This document shows positions 36,830 through 50,814 of a stretch of DNA of 64,000 nt, piece after piece. The stretch covers positions 28,894,001 through 28,958,000 of the forward strand of contig CM052816.1 in the NCBI GenBank assembly GCA_028534125.1, written 5' to 3'. The first letter of the stretch is position 1, and each line of letters begins with the position of its first letter. A model generated the notes under the pieces. The model worked only from the letters and a program-made list of their open reading frames with translations, made no database searches and had not been told where the DNA came from. Made by a program: the position numbers and the translations under genes. The DNA is from Lama glama. Lineage: Eukaryota.

Positions 36830-37770
36830 ACACATACACCGATGGCAAATAAGCATTTGAAAAGATGCTTCACATCATACATCATCATGCAATAACATAC
36901 CTCCACACAACTATTAGAATGGCTAAATCTAGGACACGGACAACACCAAATGCTGTTGGGGATGTGCAACAACAGGAATTGTCATCCACTGCTAGTGAGA
37001 ATGCAAGATAGTCCAGCCATTTTCTAAGACAATTTGGCATTTCTTACAAAACTAGACATACTTTTATTATATGATTCAGCAATCACACACTTTGGCACTT
37101 ACCAAGAGGAGTTGAAATTTTCTATCTAGACAAAAACCAGCACATAATATTAACATCAACCTTACTCATAATTGACAAAACATGGAAGCAACCAACATGT
37201 CCTTGAGTAGGTAACGGATAAATAAACCACAGTACATTCAGAAAACGGAGTATTATTTAGCACAAAAAAAGAAATGATCAAGCCATGAAAAGACATGGAG
37301 AAATTATAAATGGATATTACCAAGTGAAAGAAGCCAATCCAGAAGGATATATCTGTATGATTCCAATTACATGATATTCTGGAAAGAGTTAAACTACGGA
37401 TACAATAAAAAGGTGAATGGCTACTAGGAAGCAGGGTGGTGGAGAGATTAATCTGCAGAGCACAGAGGATCTTTAGGGCAGTGACATTGCTGCGTATAAT
37501 ACTATAATAATGGATGTATGTCGTAATACATTTGTCTCGAGCCCAGACAATATACAACACCAAGAGTAAATAAACCTTAAGTAAACTATAAACTTTAGAT
37601 GATGATGATGATGTGACAATGCAGGTTCATCGTTAGTAAGAAATGTATCTTTCTGGTAAGTGATACTGATAATGGGGGAGACTCTACATGTGTAGGGTCA
37701 GGTATATGGGATATCTATACCTTCCTCTCAATTTTGTTGCAAACTTAAAACTACTCTTAAAAAATTGTCT
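36830..37770 (+). mobile_element. L1MC1/2-like ORF2 end and 3' UTR
   Basis: gagcacagaggatctttagggcagtga...acaacaccaagagt...gataatgggggagact...cttaaaactactcttaaaaaa. Confidence 0.88.
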
Positions 37771-39404
37771 GTATAACAGTATGTACTTACTGATTTCGAT
37801 AAAGCTCAAAGTCTTTCTCCTTCAGCATTCAGTTAAGTCTAAATTGGACTTACTCTGGTTCTGTCCAAATTTTACAATTTGAGCACTTTGACAATTAATT
37901 TTCACTTTGTCTCATTTACTCTTTGCCCAAATGCTCTTTTTTTCCAGTAATTTTAGCTTTTCAAATATGCAAAGATTCTTCACTGGTGTAAAACAAATAA
38001 AAGCCGATTTGCCCAATGTTGAATTATTTAGTAAGCAACATTATTTTGTATTCAGCGTTTAACTGTCTTTATCTATCATACTAATTACTGAAGAAATTCA
38101 TCCATGTCATTTAATGAGTATGTGTTAAATACTTGAATTTATTAATGGATAGAGTTTAGAGAGCTGAAGTTTGAGGAGGCGATTTAGTCACTCGGGTCTG
38201 CATTTTCTCATCTATAAGGTCAATGGCTGGGACAAAGCAATGTCTCAGGTTGAATTTACACTTAATATTCTCTTAGGAATTCTCTTAGGAATCTGTCTAA
38301 TTTTAGCAATGCTCAGTTGTTAAAATGAAATCAACCAAGATCTAACCATTATCCCTTAGCTTAGATCTTTGTCTGAAAGGTAGAATATACTTAAAATACA
38401 CCACACATGGGAAGTACATTACATTGCTTTGAAAGTAACCAGTCTAGGTAGGACAGAACAAAAATCTGCTAGGAAACACATTTAATAAAAATCTAACCCT
38501 ATAAGTGTAATAAGATAACATACGAAAATTAAATGTTATCAGGTAAACATTTTGAAGTACATAAAATTTTGAAGTAACCTGATGACCATTTTTAATTTTA
38601 AGAATTAGCAAAAGACAAAATGCTTGTAAACTTTTGATTATTTCAAGTTAGGGATAAATTTGGGTGTGAAGTTACTCTAAACAAGCTGTGGTCCCTGAAA
38701 ACTTAGCATCCCATCTTAATTTGGTAACTTCCTATGTGCTTACTAGATCATAATAACTGATTTGTATTTCTTTTCTAAAAATTATAATAGCAAAATTGTA
38801 TACCTTTCTCTCAATGCTTTATCACTCATTAAGTTGCATATCAAATGATGAATATTTTTGCAAAGATTTTAATTTTCCTAAACTAAAAAGTTTGTATTAA
38901 TCTGCTAACAGATTACAATCCAATTTAAGAGAGTTTGATTTTCCTACATTATCATAGTAAATATGCATGCAACTGTATTGTATATTAGGGTTTTTAAATT
39001 ACATGTGATATACTTTACAGGTTTATAGGAAAATTAAGCATTTTCATACTTATTTCCTTGGTTCAAACTTCTTTGTTTACTGAATAAAATTATATTGATC
39101 ACAAACAGTGGACTCAGACATTTCACATAATCTCGTGAAATCCATAAATAAAATATGAGAGGCCAAACATTGTATCACAGCTTTAGAAGCTTATGAAAAT
39201 GAACAACAGCTAAGACATAATTTTACACAGCAATTTCCAGCAGAGTATATTTTATTATTTTTCAGACTGTATGCCAATACAGACGGAGGAAGCAGGGGTG
39301 CAAATTTTCTGGATAAGGATTTTTGTTTAGTAGTCAGAATTTTCTAAGCATAACTGAAGTGAGAGTCAATGCAACAATTCTGAAATTTTACAGTAAGTTG
39401 ATAA

Positions 39405-39520
39405 AAGGCTTTAGGAAGCTTTAAAAAATTATCACTGCCTGGGTACTATTCATCATATTCTAATTTAATTGGTCTGAACTGCAGCCTAAGAATCAGTACA
39501 TTTTAAAACCTCTGTATAAC
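39405..39520. mobile_element. MER5A1-like fragment
   Basis: gaagctttaaaaaattatcactgcctggg...attctaatttaattggtctg. Confidence 0.65.
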
Positions 39521-40127
39521 TGTGGCTTGGGTGCTGCGATGGGTAAAATACTAAGAGCTGCTACCGCAATTCACATAAAAATCCAGGTAACACTGGAATT
39601 GCTAACTCCTTATAGATGTGTCTCAAACAAACAAATGCTCAACAACAGTCACACACATTTCTGGGATATATTCAGTTATACAGGGGTAATAATAACCTGT
39701 CGAGTGCACTGTAATAACATAGTCAGTCACTGATTTTAATCTTTGGTAAATTTTGTAAATTCTTTGAACTTTATTTTTCAGTGTATGTTTAGCTGTTCAT
39801 AAGAATTTAAACCAATGTTACTAAAGTATTATTTCTTAGCTGATAAAATAAATTTGGAAAAATAAATAAAAACTACGTTTGTTATTATCTTCCATTAAAA
39901 GGTTGTTTTGTATCAATTTTAAGCAAAGGTAAGAGACACTGTTGCCACATTCAGCCTAAATCCTTTGACAAAATACCCAGAAATAGAAGCTCACTCTTAT
40001 TTGTCCCAAATGGTCTTCTGGGTTGCTTAAAATACACTTATTATTCACTGAAATCTATAAATAAAATAGCATTAATAGGAAATGTACAATAATCTTAATT
40101 TGAATATTACTCTCAAATAAATAACTT

Positions 40128-40327
40128 CAGATACACATTACTGTGTATGAAATAAATAGACAGCAAGGACCTACTGAAAGTACAGGGAACTATGTTCAAT
40201 TTCTTGTAATATTATAAATGGAAAAGAATCTGAAAAGAAAAAAACATACGTGTAATTGTATAAATAAATTGCTTTGCTGTACACCTGAAACTAACACTGT
40301 AAATCAACTACATTTCAATAAAAAAGA
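40128..40327 (+). mobile_element. L1 3'-end fragment, cetartiodactyl type
   Basis: caaggacctactgaaagtacagggaactatgttcaat...ctgtacacctgaaactaacactgtaaatcaactacatttcaataaaaaaga. Confidence 0.88.
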
Positions 40328-42145
40328 TGTTTTTCAATAACTTGAAGATGTAATTCAGTTCTACAGAATCTGAAATTTCACCAGTTTTCACAATTTTTTC
40401 AAACATCTTATGTCTGAAAATTTTCAAAAATTTTATTTTATATAACCACTGTTTTTACTAGCCTTGGGTTCTTAAAGAAATGAATATTCTCATAGTTTTG
40501 TGCTTCTATCTTGATTACAATATTCTCTGTACCACAAGAAAGATGTAAATCCGCTTTTTCCCCTTTGAAAATCCCAGGCATATTTATAGTCTTCTTCAGC
40601 GGAAAGACAGAAGCAGTGACAACACTTAGTTGGTTTTAAAAAGGAAGGAAGGAAGGGAAAAAAGAAGGGAAGATGGAGAGAAAAGAAATATATCAGTCAC
40701 ATATAATTCAGTCTCCCTGAGATAGACAAAAGTATATAAATTGATTACTAGTGTCTGGATTGACTAGCGAAGAACGTCCAAGGAACTTGGTAAACAGAAG
40801 TCTTGGCCACAGACGTAAAGCAGTGTAACCCTACGTACCCTATAATCTTAAGTAGACCTGGTAGCCCGCAACTTTAGAGATCACAACAGTCTGTTTGAAT
40901 CTAGCACTGTGCGCAAGTATGCAAGAAACCCAGAAAACTGCTTTTCCACACTTTGTGCAGAAACTAAGTTTCTCTGTAATCAAAAGCTTTGTACAGTCTG
41001 AGATGTGTTAACAGGATAAAAGAATCTATGCTTACTGAGATGGACATGAAAAATGGAACAATGCAGTGTCTTATTTTCTATAGCTTATCTAAGCGTCCCC
41101 CACCTGGGAAGTGTGGGTAGAATTCAAGTTTGAACCATTTAAGTTACAGCAGTCCTCTTCAATTAAAACCATTTCTTCCAAGCTCTTCTGAATAAAGTGT
41201 TAATGGTTTACACTGTAATTTCCTCCCTTGTGCTCGCTAAAAAGGCTATGAGGAGCTTTGATAGCCTTGTGACGCCAGGAAAGGGAGCCCCATCTTCTGC
41301 TCTAAACTTTCTAATAACAATTATAAACAGTACCTGATCTCAAATTTTAAACATCTTATAGCACAAGGATAAAGGACATTCATTGTAGGTTAAAAGGATT
41401 ATAACTGGTATATTTCTGTTACTTTCTATATAAAGAGAGATAAAAACGTCATCTGTGCTAACAAGGCACCACAGTTGTTGCATGTCATTGACCTAATTGT
41501 GCTTCAATTCATCCTACCATAAATTTAGCAGTAGTAGCAGCAATTATTATCACCCTGAAAATGGTTTTATTTCTGCCACAAGTCAAAGTGTAATTTGTAT
41601 AAAAGTAAATCCTTCCATCCCCCATCTCTGAGTCACCATTGTGAAAAATAAGGTACAATTCCTCAGAACTGACTTTCAAGCTTCATGAAAAAAGGGTTCC
41701 TGTATCAAGTCACGTGGTTATCAGCAAAAGATGTGCAATGCTGATTGTAATAAATCAAAAAGTCATCACTGCCAGAAAAAGCTTTATCTCAAACTATTTC
41801 AAAGCATATGATAGATAAGATAGAAAGTTCTGACAAACTGACAACTTGTTATGTTGAATTACAGGGAATTTCTAAACTCCACAACCTCAAAATGACAATC
41901 TCATCTGAAGTTTCTACTTAAAGAAATATCCTAGCAAGAATGAACTGGTGCAGATGAAGAACAGAAATGACATTTAATAGGCCATGTCAACATAACCCTT
42001 GGGTCAGATTAAAATGTAAAGCTAAAAATAATGCTTTTAAAACATGTTTTGCTAGCAGGTTTATCGCCTTGAGGGATAGTCTTAAGGAAAGGGAGGCTGA
42101 TGATACACTTACATTTGAGATATTCAATGACTGGTGGAACATCAC

Positions 42146-42185
42146 AAAAAAAACAAAAACAAAAACAAAAACAAAAACAAAAAAC
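42146..42185. repeat. (AAAAAC)n simple repeat
   Basis: Read directly; explains the TKTKTK and CFCFCF ORFs. Confidence 0.95.
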
Positions 42186-43199
42186 TAGTATTAGTCCAAG
42201 CTCTCCCACCTAGAAATCAAGATTTTTACACGACTAACATGATAACTTCTGAAAGGAAATGACAACTTTATTAGTATCTTAGCATCAATTTCAAAGACTT
42301 TTCAGAAATGACGAAGTCAGAGTCTGAAAATCCATTTCAATTTTTTAAAGTACCATGTGCTAAATCAGTGTTTGATATTTAACTTCATGTTACAACCTTA
42401 ACATGAAATTAAAACATAAGCATTTTTAGTTTCTGAATTTCTAAAAATAGTATGAGTTGAACTGTTGCAACAGCTATACTAAATAACAAAAATCTGTTCT
42501 CCTTTCACAGTGAAGAATAGCAGAGTTATGTCAGTTGTGCCACTGTGGCTGTTAGTAAAGAAAGTAATAAATTCAGTTTTGTATTGGGTCTGTTTACTGT
42601 ACCACGCACATTGTTTAGGGAGATGATTTGTGTGTTACAACTCTTAACTGTATCTTTCACAACATTTTTCTCTATAATGAGAGATGTTTTGATTTCTGGT
42701 CTTTCTCAATCTCTCTGTTCTTTTTCTTTTCAGCAAAGATGTATGTCTACGTGTATATAAACCTACACACATGCACTTTTCTGATTCCCAAAACATGGCT
42801 TATTTAGAGAAATCCTAGATCATATGCAGTTTGAAATTAAAATCCCATCTCACTTTCTCTATCCTTGTTCTTTGTGCGTCTTCTTACAGAATGCTTTGGA
42901 AGACTTCAACTTTTGTCCCATCTGGAAATTCCTATTATGTGAAGTATTTCAAAGAAAGTATGGGGAAAAGTCTTTAAAACCGTAAATAAAGAACTTGGCC
43001 ATGTAAACCGATGTGCACTGACTATATTTTATTATTTTAGAGAAGGTCTTCTTTTCCTACTCAATTTTTTAGTTGCACAGTAACCTCTCAATTATACCTG
43101 ACTTAAAAATGGAAGCATTACTGATAAATCTCAAGTCCCCTATCCAGGGAAAAAGGAAGCGCAGCTACTAGCATACTGTGTAGTTTTGTAAACCTTATA

Positions 43200-44660
43200 A
43201 TTGCTTTCTATATGTACTGATATACTTTTGATATGTACAGGGTATCATTTTTTATTTCTAAATCATAAGTAATTACACACTTTACATATTATTTTCCATG
43301 TTGATTTTTCAATTTGTTTTTGAAGATTATTACAAGTTAGTACAAATAGATTATCTCATGTTTTAACTTAACGCACTATCTTTCAGAATATGCATCAACC
43401 ATACTTTATTTAACCATTTCGTTACCAAAAAAAGATTGTTGTAGCTTTCAAATTTCTGTCATTTTAAAGAGAAATACAATCAACATTCTCACTCATGTTT
43501 TGTGCACTTATGCAAATTTTTAATTTTTTTATTTTTTACTGAGGTATAGTTCATTTACAGTATCCTATTAGCTTCAGATGTACAACATAGTGATTCAAAA
43601 TTTTCATAAATTAAACTGATTTATAGTTATTATAAAATATTGGCTATACTCCCTTTCCTGTACAATGTATCTTTGTAGCTTCTTTATTTTATGCACAGTA
43701 GACAGATGTTTTATTCTAGATTTTATATGGAAAAGTGGAATTACTGAATTCTAACTTCTGTGAAAATTTTTATAAATTTTAATAGATGATGACAAATTGC
43801 ACTCCATGTTGGCTGAGCCAATTTTCACTCCCACCAACAGCATAGACACGATGCTTTCCAACACAACTGGCAGCCCAAAGTCTATTATCTTCTCCACATT
43901 ATTCAGTTTAGTACACACGGATTTTCTTTTTCAATTAGAATGTGATTTCCTTTTGGCAGACACAGTCTCTCCAATTCACCAGAAGCACTACTTCTCCCTA
44001 TTGTCTTACACCTTCCTTGTATGTGTAAGCATTTGAATATTTTACCTGTGCCTAGAATGATGCCATATCCTCCAAACCAGGACACATGTGAGAACACTAC
44101 AGAGCAACAGACACAAACTTGGATCGCCCTAGGCAAACTGGAAAGTATGGTCATGCTATACAGCTTAAAGAGCTATCTTATTGCTTAATCCCACCTCCCC
44201 AAATACTAGTGATGTTGAGCATATCCACATTGATTTATTTGCCTTCTGTGTTTGTTCTCCTATAACTTTTTACTACCAGTGCCCATTTTTCCATTGGTTT
44301 GTATTTTTTTATACTGAATTTTAGGGATACAACGTGTCTTACTGGTTTTATATATTGCTAATTTCATTACTTTCTCTGACTCTTGCTTTTTCTACTCTGT
44401 TTATGATGGCTTACATAAAATGAAAGTTTAAAATTTTAATGTTATATTATTTCCCTTTTCTATTTCCTTGTTTGCATTTTGAATATTATGTAAGTGTCTT
44501 CTGCACCCTTCCCTCTGTATCAGGTCATGAACATAGTCTTCAAGTTTTATTACAATTCTTGTTTTATTGTATTTCTTAAATACGCAGATGTAACTAATTT
44601 GATACTGACTTGGGGGAATAGTTTGAGGTAAGGCTTGCCTGTTTATTGTGTTTCCTAAGC
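43200..44660 (-). mobile_element. Old L1 (L1ME) fragments, interrupted by younger inserts
   Basis: actttatttaaccatt...caattttcactcccaccaacagcata; tactagtgatgttgagcat...atttgccttctgtg. Confidence 0.65.
43517..43700 (-). mobile_element. Younger L1 3'-end fragment
   Basis: T-tail then tactgaggtatagttcatttacagtat...gtacaacatagtgattca...ttattataaaatattggctatactccct. Confidence 0.85.
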
Positions 44661-45119
44661 TCAAACTAATATTTTGTCCTCTCCTCCCCATAATATTCCT
44701 TTTGCAGCAATTTGAGATTTCAAAAAGGAAAAGAGATGGAGAAGAAAAAAAAACTACTTCTTCAGAATATAACCCCTTAGGTAAATTATTTTCCTTGTTG
44801 AACTTTGACAGCATACACCAACATCCTTCTTTGATCTGTGAAGTGGGATTGTACTACAGGAGATCTATTAGGTACATGAAAACAAACATTTTTTGCACCC
44901 TCCCCTAGGTACTTCTCATCACCTGGGTTTAAACTGTGCTAATCATAGTAGAAAATTTAAAGGAACATTGTGCAAATGAATAGAACATGTGACAATAAGG
45001 AAAAATGATTTTCAGTGTAAGGTTCCTGGAATTAATCTAATTACTGAGCACACTGAATGACTAATATACAGTAAAAGTTCGTATTAACATCAAGGAAAAC
45101 TTTTTTTAAATTTTAAGAC

Positions 45120-48100
45120 TGAACTTTCTGTTCCAGTTTGAGTGGAATAGCTAGTGGCAGTTTACTGCCCAAACATGGAACTAAAAAAGTCAGATGAAAT
45201 ATAGAATTCATACCTCAAAGACAGCAGAGAGCTGAGGGAACAATGAAAACCACAAAGGTAAGACTCTATACAGGAGAAAGAAAAAGAAAAGCAATTCAAA
45301 GCTAACTGGCTTTTACAACTGATTTTCACTCTGAGGCTATTTGCCAGTTTTGAACATGAGCAAAAAGCTAAGATTCTAGTACTAAAAGACTGCTGCTAGG
45401 AGACAGAGAAACTAGCCGTCTTCCAGCATTCCAGATGATTGGCAGAGACTTGAAGGAGCTTGAAGACATGGCCAGTTTTTCACTCAAGGCAAGTACTGAT
45501 TACAGAGATTTGCAAGGTACACAGGTAGAAACCTAAGCACATAAAACTTTTGAAAACAGACTTTTTTGAAGTTTCCTGAAATGAAATTTAGAACTAAGGA
45601 CAGAGTGTAGGGCCTCACAAAATACATCTGGCCTTTGGTAAAAGCCAAAAAAGATCAAAGATCAACCAGAAGTAGATGAATCTTCCCAAGCTGCAACTCA
45701 GCTTTGAGCCAGCACAGGTCTTTATTTCACTTGTAAAAAAAAATCATAAACAAAAATCCCAAATAGGGCTGGGAGATCAGAAGTGGGAGTTCTCATGTCC
45801 TGCAATGACAGCAGAGTCCAACAGGAAGAAGAAAGACTCCTCCATTGGCAAGGACTCAGCCAATGAAAAGCCATGGACTCTCAGTGTACCATAGCCTTCC
45901 AAGCCTCTTTTTCCTCTTCTTTGTTCTCCTTCCCTTGCCACGGGGGGACTTGCATGTGGCTCACCATGGTTGCTGACCCTGAAATGCAATTCTCTGCTAA
46001 TCCTGAATAAACCCATCTATGCAGAGAAATATCTGACAACCTGTTTGCTTCAGGTCAACAGGCTAAAGGGATAACTTTAGAAAGAAAATGAAGGAAAGAT
46101 ATAGAAAAATGTATTTTAATATATTTTAAGATTAAAATTTTTGTCAGAGAATTTAATTTTTAAAAGAGCCAGTGGAAACACTGGAAGTGAAAAATTGAAA
46201 TTAGAAATTCAAATGACAGATTTTAACCACAGACTATTCAAAGAACAAGAAAGGGCAAAAAGCACTATATAAGATAGAGGACATTTCAATATATACAGGT
46301 TCAATCTACAAGGAACATATTACAATTCTAAATCTGTATGTACTCATTAACAGAGTTATAAAATGGCTAAAGCAAAAGCAAACAATAGTCCTAAAAGGAG
46401 AAACACACAAATCTATAATCATAGTAGAAGACATAAAAACATATTCTCAATAGCATGTAAACAAAAACACCAAAAAAAATAAAAAAGAAAGGAAGGAAAT
46501 ATCCAAGACATCAGAATTCACATTCCTTAAAGCACATAAAATTGACTGTATGTTGTATGAATATCTCAACATTTTTCAAAGGTTGATTTTTTTAATATGC
46601 CCTCCAATACAGAATAATTACTCTAGAAATCAGTAGGAAAAAAAGCCTAAAATCTAAAATTGTTTTGAAGGTATTCAGTTAAAATAATGATTAGAGGAAA
46701 ATGTACAGCCTTAAATTCATGTTAGAAAACAAAGGGAAAAACACAATGCTTTATGCTTCCACCTGAAGTTTTTAAGGAAAGAGCTAATCAAACCCGAAAA
46801 AGTAGGACAGAAACAATGAACATAAGAAATAAAAAATACATAATTGGAAACTTTGACAAAGCCAAAAATTGATTATTGAAAACACTAATAAAGGTGAAAA
46901 ATTCATAAGCCTTAACAAGGAAAAAATGTTCCCAACTTAATGCACCAAAAGGAGATTTCGCTGTAGGCTTTACAGATATTAAAGAATTAATAAATTAAAA
47001 TTATGGAAAGTTTTATACTAATAAATTTAATCATTTGGATGAAAATGACAAACTACATAAAAAACACATATTGCTAAAATTAAAGCAAAAGAAATCAAAG
47101 ATAAGGATAGTTCCTTAACTACTAAAGAATTTGAATCCAGTGTTAAAATCATTCCCACAACAAAAACTCGAGGCTTAGATGAATACACCAGTGAATTCTT
47201 CAAAACATTTTAGGAATAAATTACACCAATCTTAGATTAACTCTTCCAGAAAATACAGAGAGAGCACATTTACCAACTCTTTTTTAATTAGAGCAACAAA
47301 AATCTTAATACTAAAACCTGAAAAGTATGTTATAAAAAAATAACATTTGCACACTAAGTTTTCTCATAAATATCAATGCAACAATCTTAAACAAGATGTT
47401 AGCAAAACGAACCCAAGAATATATAAGAAGGATAATATATCTCCAACAAGTAGGGTTTTTCCATGAAAGCAAGAGTGATTTAACATTCAATCAATGCAAT
47501 TTATCTTATTAATAGGAAATAAGTGAGAACAATAATACCATCATTGCATTAGATGCACTTGGTAGAATTCAACATCCATTCACAAGAATTCTCAGCAAGT
47601 TAGGAAAAGAAAGGAACATAAATAACTTAACAAAAAACCATCTTGGAAAGCGCCTACCATAAATATCTTATTTAATGATGAGTTATTGAAAACTTTCCAT
47701 AGAATCAGGAATGAGTCAATGATGCCTGTTATCACCACTTATATTTAATAGTTTTAGAGTTCCTAAGCAGTGAGATGAGGCAATTGAAAGAAATAAAAGG
47801 CATAAAGACTGGGAGAAAAAAAAAAGGGAATAAAACTTTCATTATTTGCGGATGGTGTGTATTTTCATGCAGAAAATACAAAAGAACCAACAGTCAAATT
47901 GTAAGGATTACTAAGTGAATTTACTAAAGTCACTAAATTTAAGATCAGTATACAGATACTAATTGTACTTCTATATATCTGTCTCAAATATCAGAATATT
48001 AAGATTTTTAAATGATACCATTTATAAAAGCATCAAAAAAACATGAAACACTTTAGGAAAAAAGAACAACTAAGAGGTATGCAAGACCACTACTCTGCAA

Positions 48101-49420
48101 AAAATAAACATTACTAACAGAAATTGTGAAAAGACAATACACAGAGGGAAATATCAAGTGCATGAATGGAAGACTCAAAAAATCATGTAGAGATTTGTCA
48201 CAATACCAATTAAAGTTGTAAAATTTATATGGAAATCCAAAAGACTAGTAAGAGTATGCAATGAACAGTTAAGAACTACCAAAACTGAAGAACATATACT
48301 GTGAGATATCAAGACCTATTATAAATCCATGCTAATTAAATTCAGTGTAGCATTGACACAATATAAACCAACTGACCAACAGAACAGAACAGTCTACAAA
48401 TGGACTCATATAGATGTGGTTACCTGACTCATGTCAAAAGTGACATTTTAGTGCAGTGAGTTGTGGCCAATTAGATATATATATGGGAGAAAAAAAGAAA
48501 ATCTTTGCCTTTACTATATTCCACACACATATAAATCCTAGATAGACCGCAGATTTACAATGAAAGGTAAAACAGTAAGACTTAGAAGAAAACACAGGAG
48601 AATATCTTCATGATCTTGCAGTAAGGAGAACTTTCTTGGTTTCTTAAACAAGACACAACAAATTATATTAAAAAGTAAATAAAATGTAATAAATCAGATG
48701 ACACTATAATTAAAACATTCTAGTCATCAAAAGTTAGCAGTAAGAGTGAAAAAGCAACAAAGAGTTGAGTATTTTTATGGTGTGTATGTGTATTCATGTA
48801 TATATCTGATAAAAAACTCGCTCAAAATACACATATGAAACAGAACTCAAAAAATAGTAAGAAAATACACATTGAAATCATAATGAGGTAAATTACACAC
48901 CCATCAGAACATCTAAAATAAAGAGTGAGACAAAACCAGATTTTGGTAAGAATATAAAGCAACTAGAATTCTGATATTCTGCTGGTTGGAGTGTAAACTG
49001 GTACAGCTCATTTGGAAAACTACTTGTCAGTGTCTAATAAAGCTGAAGACATGCTTATTCTGTGATGCAGTATTCTACTCCTAAGTGCAACACATGAAGC
49101 AAGTGGAAATGCATGTTTTCATTTACCAAAAGAAATGTACAGGATAGATAAATCTCACATATTCACAAATGTAATACTGAGAGGAAAAAAGACAAAAAAG
49201 TACATGCTATATGATTCTATTTTATAAACTTCAAAAACTTTTAAAACTAATCTAAGGTATTGGAATTTGACATCATGGTTACCTTTGGGGTTTCAGGAGT
49301 CCTGATGACGCTCTGTGTCTTAGTCTTGGCGCTGTTTACATGAGTGTATTTATTTAAAATTCATCAACCCCACACAAATTACTTATGCATTTTGTTAGAA
49401 GTAATCCTACAATATAATTT
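45120..49420 (+). mobile_element. Long, heavily decayed old L1 (L1M4/L1ME-type): 5' region, ORF2, 3' UTR
   Basis: Collinear ORF2 landmarks: cttagatgaatacaccagtgaattcttcaaaacattt, tttaacattcaatcaatgc, atgaatggaagactcaa, gagtgtaaactggtacagctcatttggaaaac. Confidence 0.8.
45732..46060 (+). mobile_element. ERV1-type solo LTR nested in the old L1
   Basis: TG...CA ends (…ggtcaaca), CCAAT at 45860, AATAAA at 46006-46011, GC step against the flanking L1; left boundary uncertain. Confidence 0.7.
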
Positions 49421-50814
49421 ACAGAGAGGAAATTTTATTTATGAGGTGGGGGAGAGGGAGAGAGGGAAAGAGAGGAGGCAGGGAAGGGGGCACGGGGGTT
49501 GGAGATCAATAATTGCAGGGATACTTGCTGTTAAAGTCATTACACACTAGCTGTAACATTTGGAAATGGTCTTACGGGGGTGTCTGAAAGACAGATGCAG
49601 TTTCTCCTTGCCAAGTATAGGCTGCCACTTTTGAAACAACTTTCAAAACTGTACTTTGTACTGAAATGTTGACCCATTTGCCAATTTTTCCAGTTTGTGG
49701 TAGTTAGAAGATGCTCAAAAAGCATTAGCCCTTTAAAATTTTGGGGTTTTGTTCCTCGATTTTGTTTTTGTTTTGTCCTAGTATCTGAGTATCTTGGTGT
49801 GGAAATTCTTCAAAAATGATCAGTTTATAAAAACACACATGATTAATGATAGGTACATATTCAATCAGATTGTTCTTGACTCCTAAGAAATTGACTTCTA
49901 AAGTCAGTGGGTTGCACAACTGTGCTCTATAGACTTTGAATAATAATTATTTTTCTTTTACTTGAAAGACTGTAATGAAATTGTCATTCCTCTGAAAGAT
50001 ATAACACAAACTTCAATATAGTGAAACAAAAAACCATCTACCTTCATTTTCTTCTCGGTGACAGGTTTTCTATTACAGGAAAAGCGAGAGCAAAACATCT
50101 ACCCTTATTTATGTCTTCCCACCTCTTTCAGTGACAACATAATATTATTTTCCCTTTGTCTCTCAACCGATACAAAGGACTATTGATTTTCCTGGAAAAT
50201 AATTAAGATGAATAACATTAAAAAGATATAAGGACATCTCCAAGTTATTCCTTTTACTAATAAAAAGATAAAATTTTACAGAGACTCACTTTCCATAATT
50301 TGTACTGGTTACTGTCACCTATAAAGATCAAATCTAAATGCTGATTATAGAAATTTATACTCCTTGAAACACTAAAGGAATCTTTCATGCAATTCTACCA
50401 CCTCAGTACCTGATAAACCTCTCTGAATGAAAAAAAGGAAAGAAAAGAAAAACTAAACAACATAAAAAAAATGTCTTTAAAACTCATCTGTCACTTGATT
50501 TTGACACGAGATTATTCTCCCAAGTCCAGGATTCATTATAAATCCACTCCAATTCACGTCTAGGCCAAGTTCTTCATTTTACAACTTCTAGGCAATAGGT
50601 GTTGAGGCACACCTTAATTTCATTATTAAAGGCTCTGCAAAGTACTGCTATATTAAGCCACATGCTGGGGGTATTTGTGCTCTGCACTATGAGGTTGCAT
50701 GTTGGCCCTATTCTATTGATGTTCATGCTCTCCACTAGGAATGCCTGAGGGCTTCACCTGGGCCCATGTTACTAGAAGTGAAGCCCACAGACACTTCCCT
50801 ACCGAGGCCAGTGC

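Noticed and set aside
38267..38292. 12-bp tandem duplication attctcttagga (similar micro-duplications near 125, 15204 and 18082)
   Set aside because: Ordinary replication-slippage events; not an array.
42890..42960. Plus-strand exon-like unit ttcttacAG|...|GTATGG
   Set aside because: Isolated, weak donor, no recognisable peptide; treated as a pseudo-exon.
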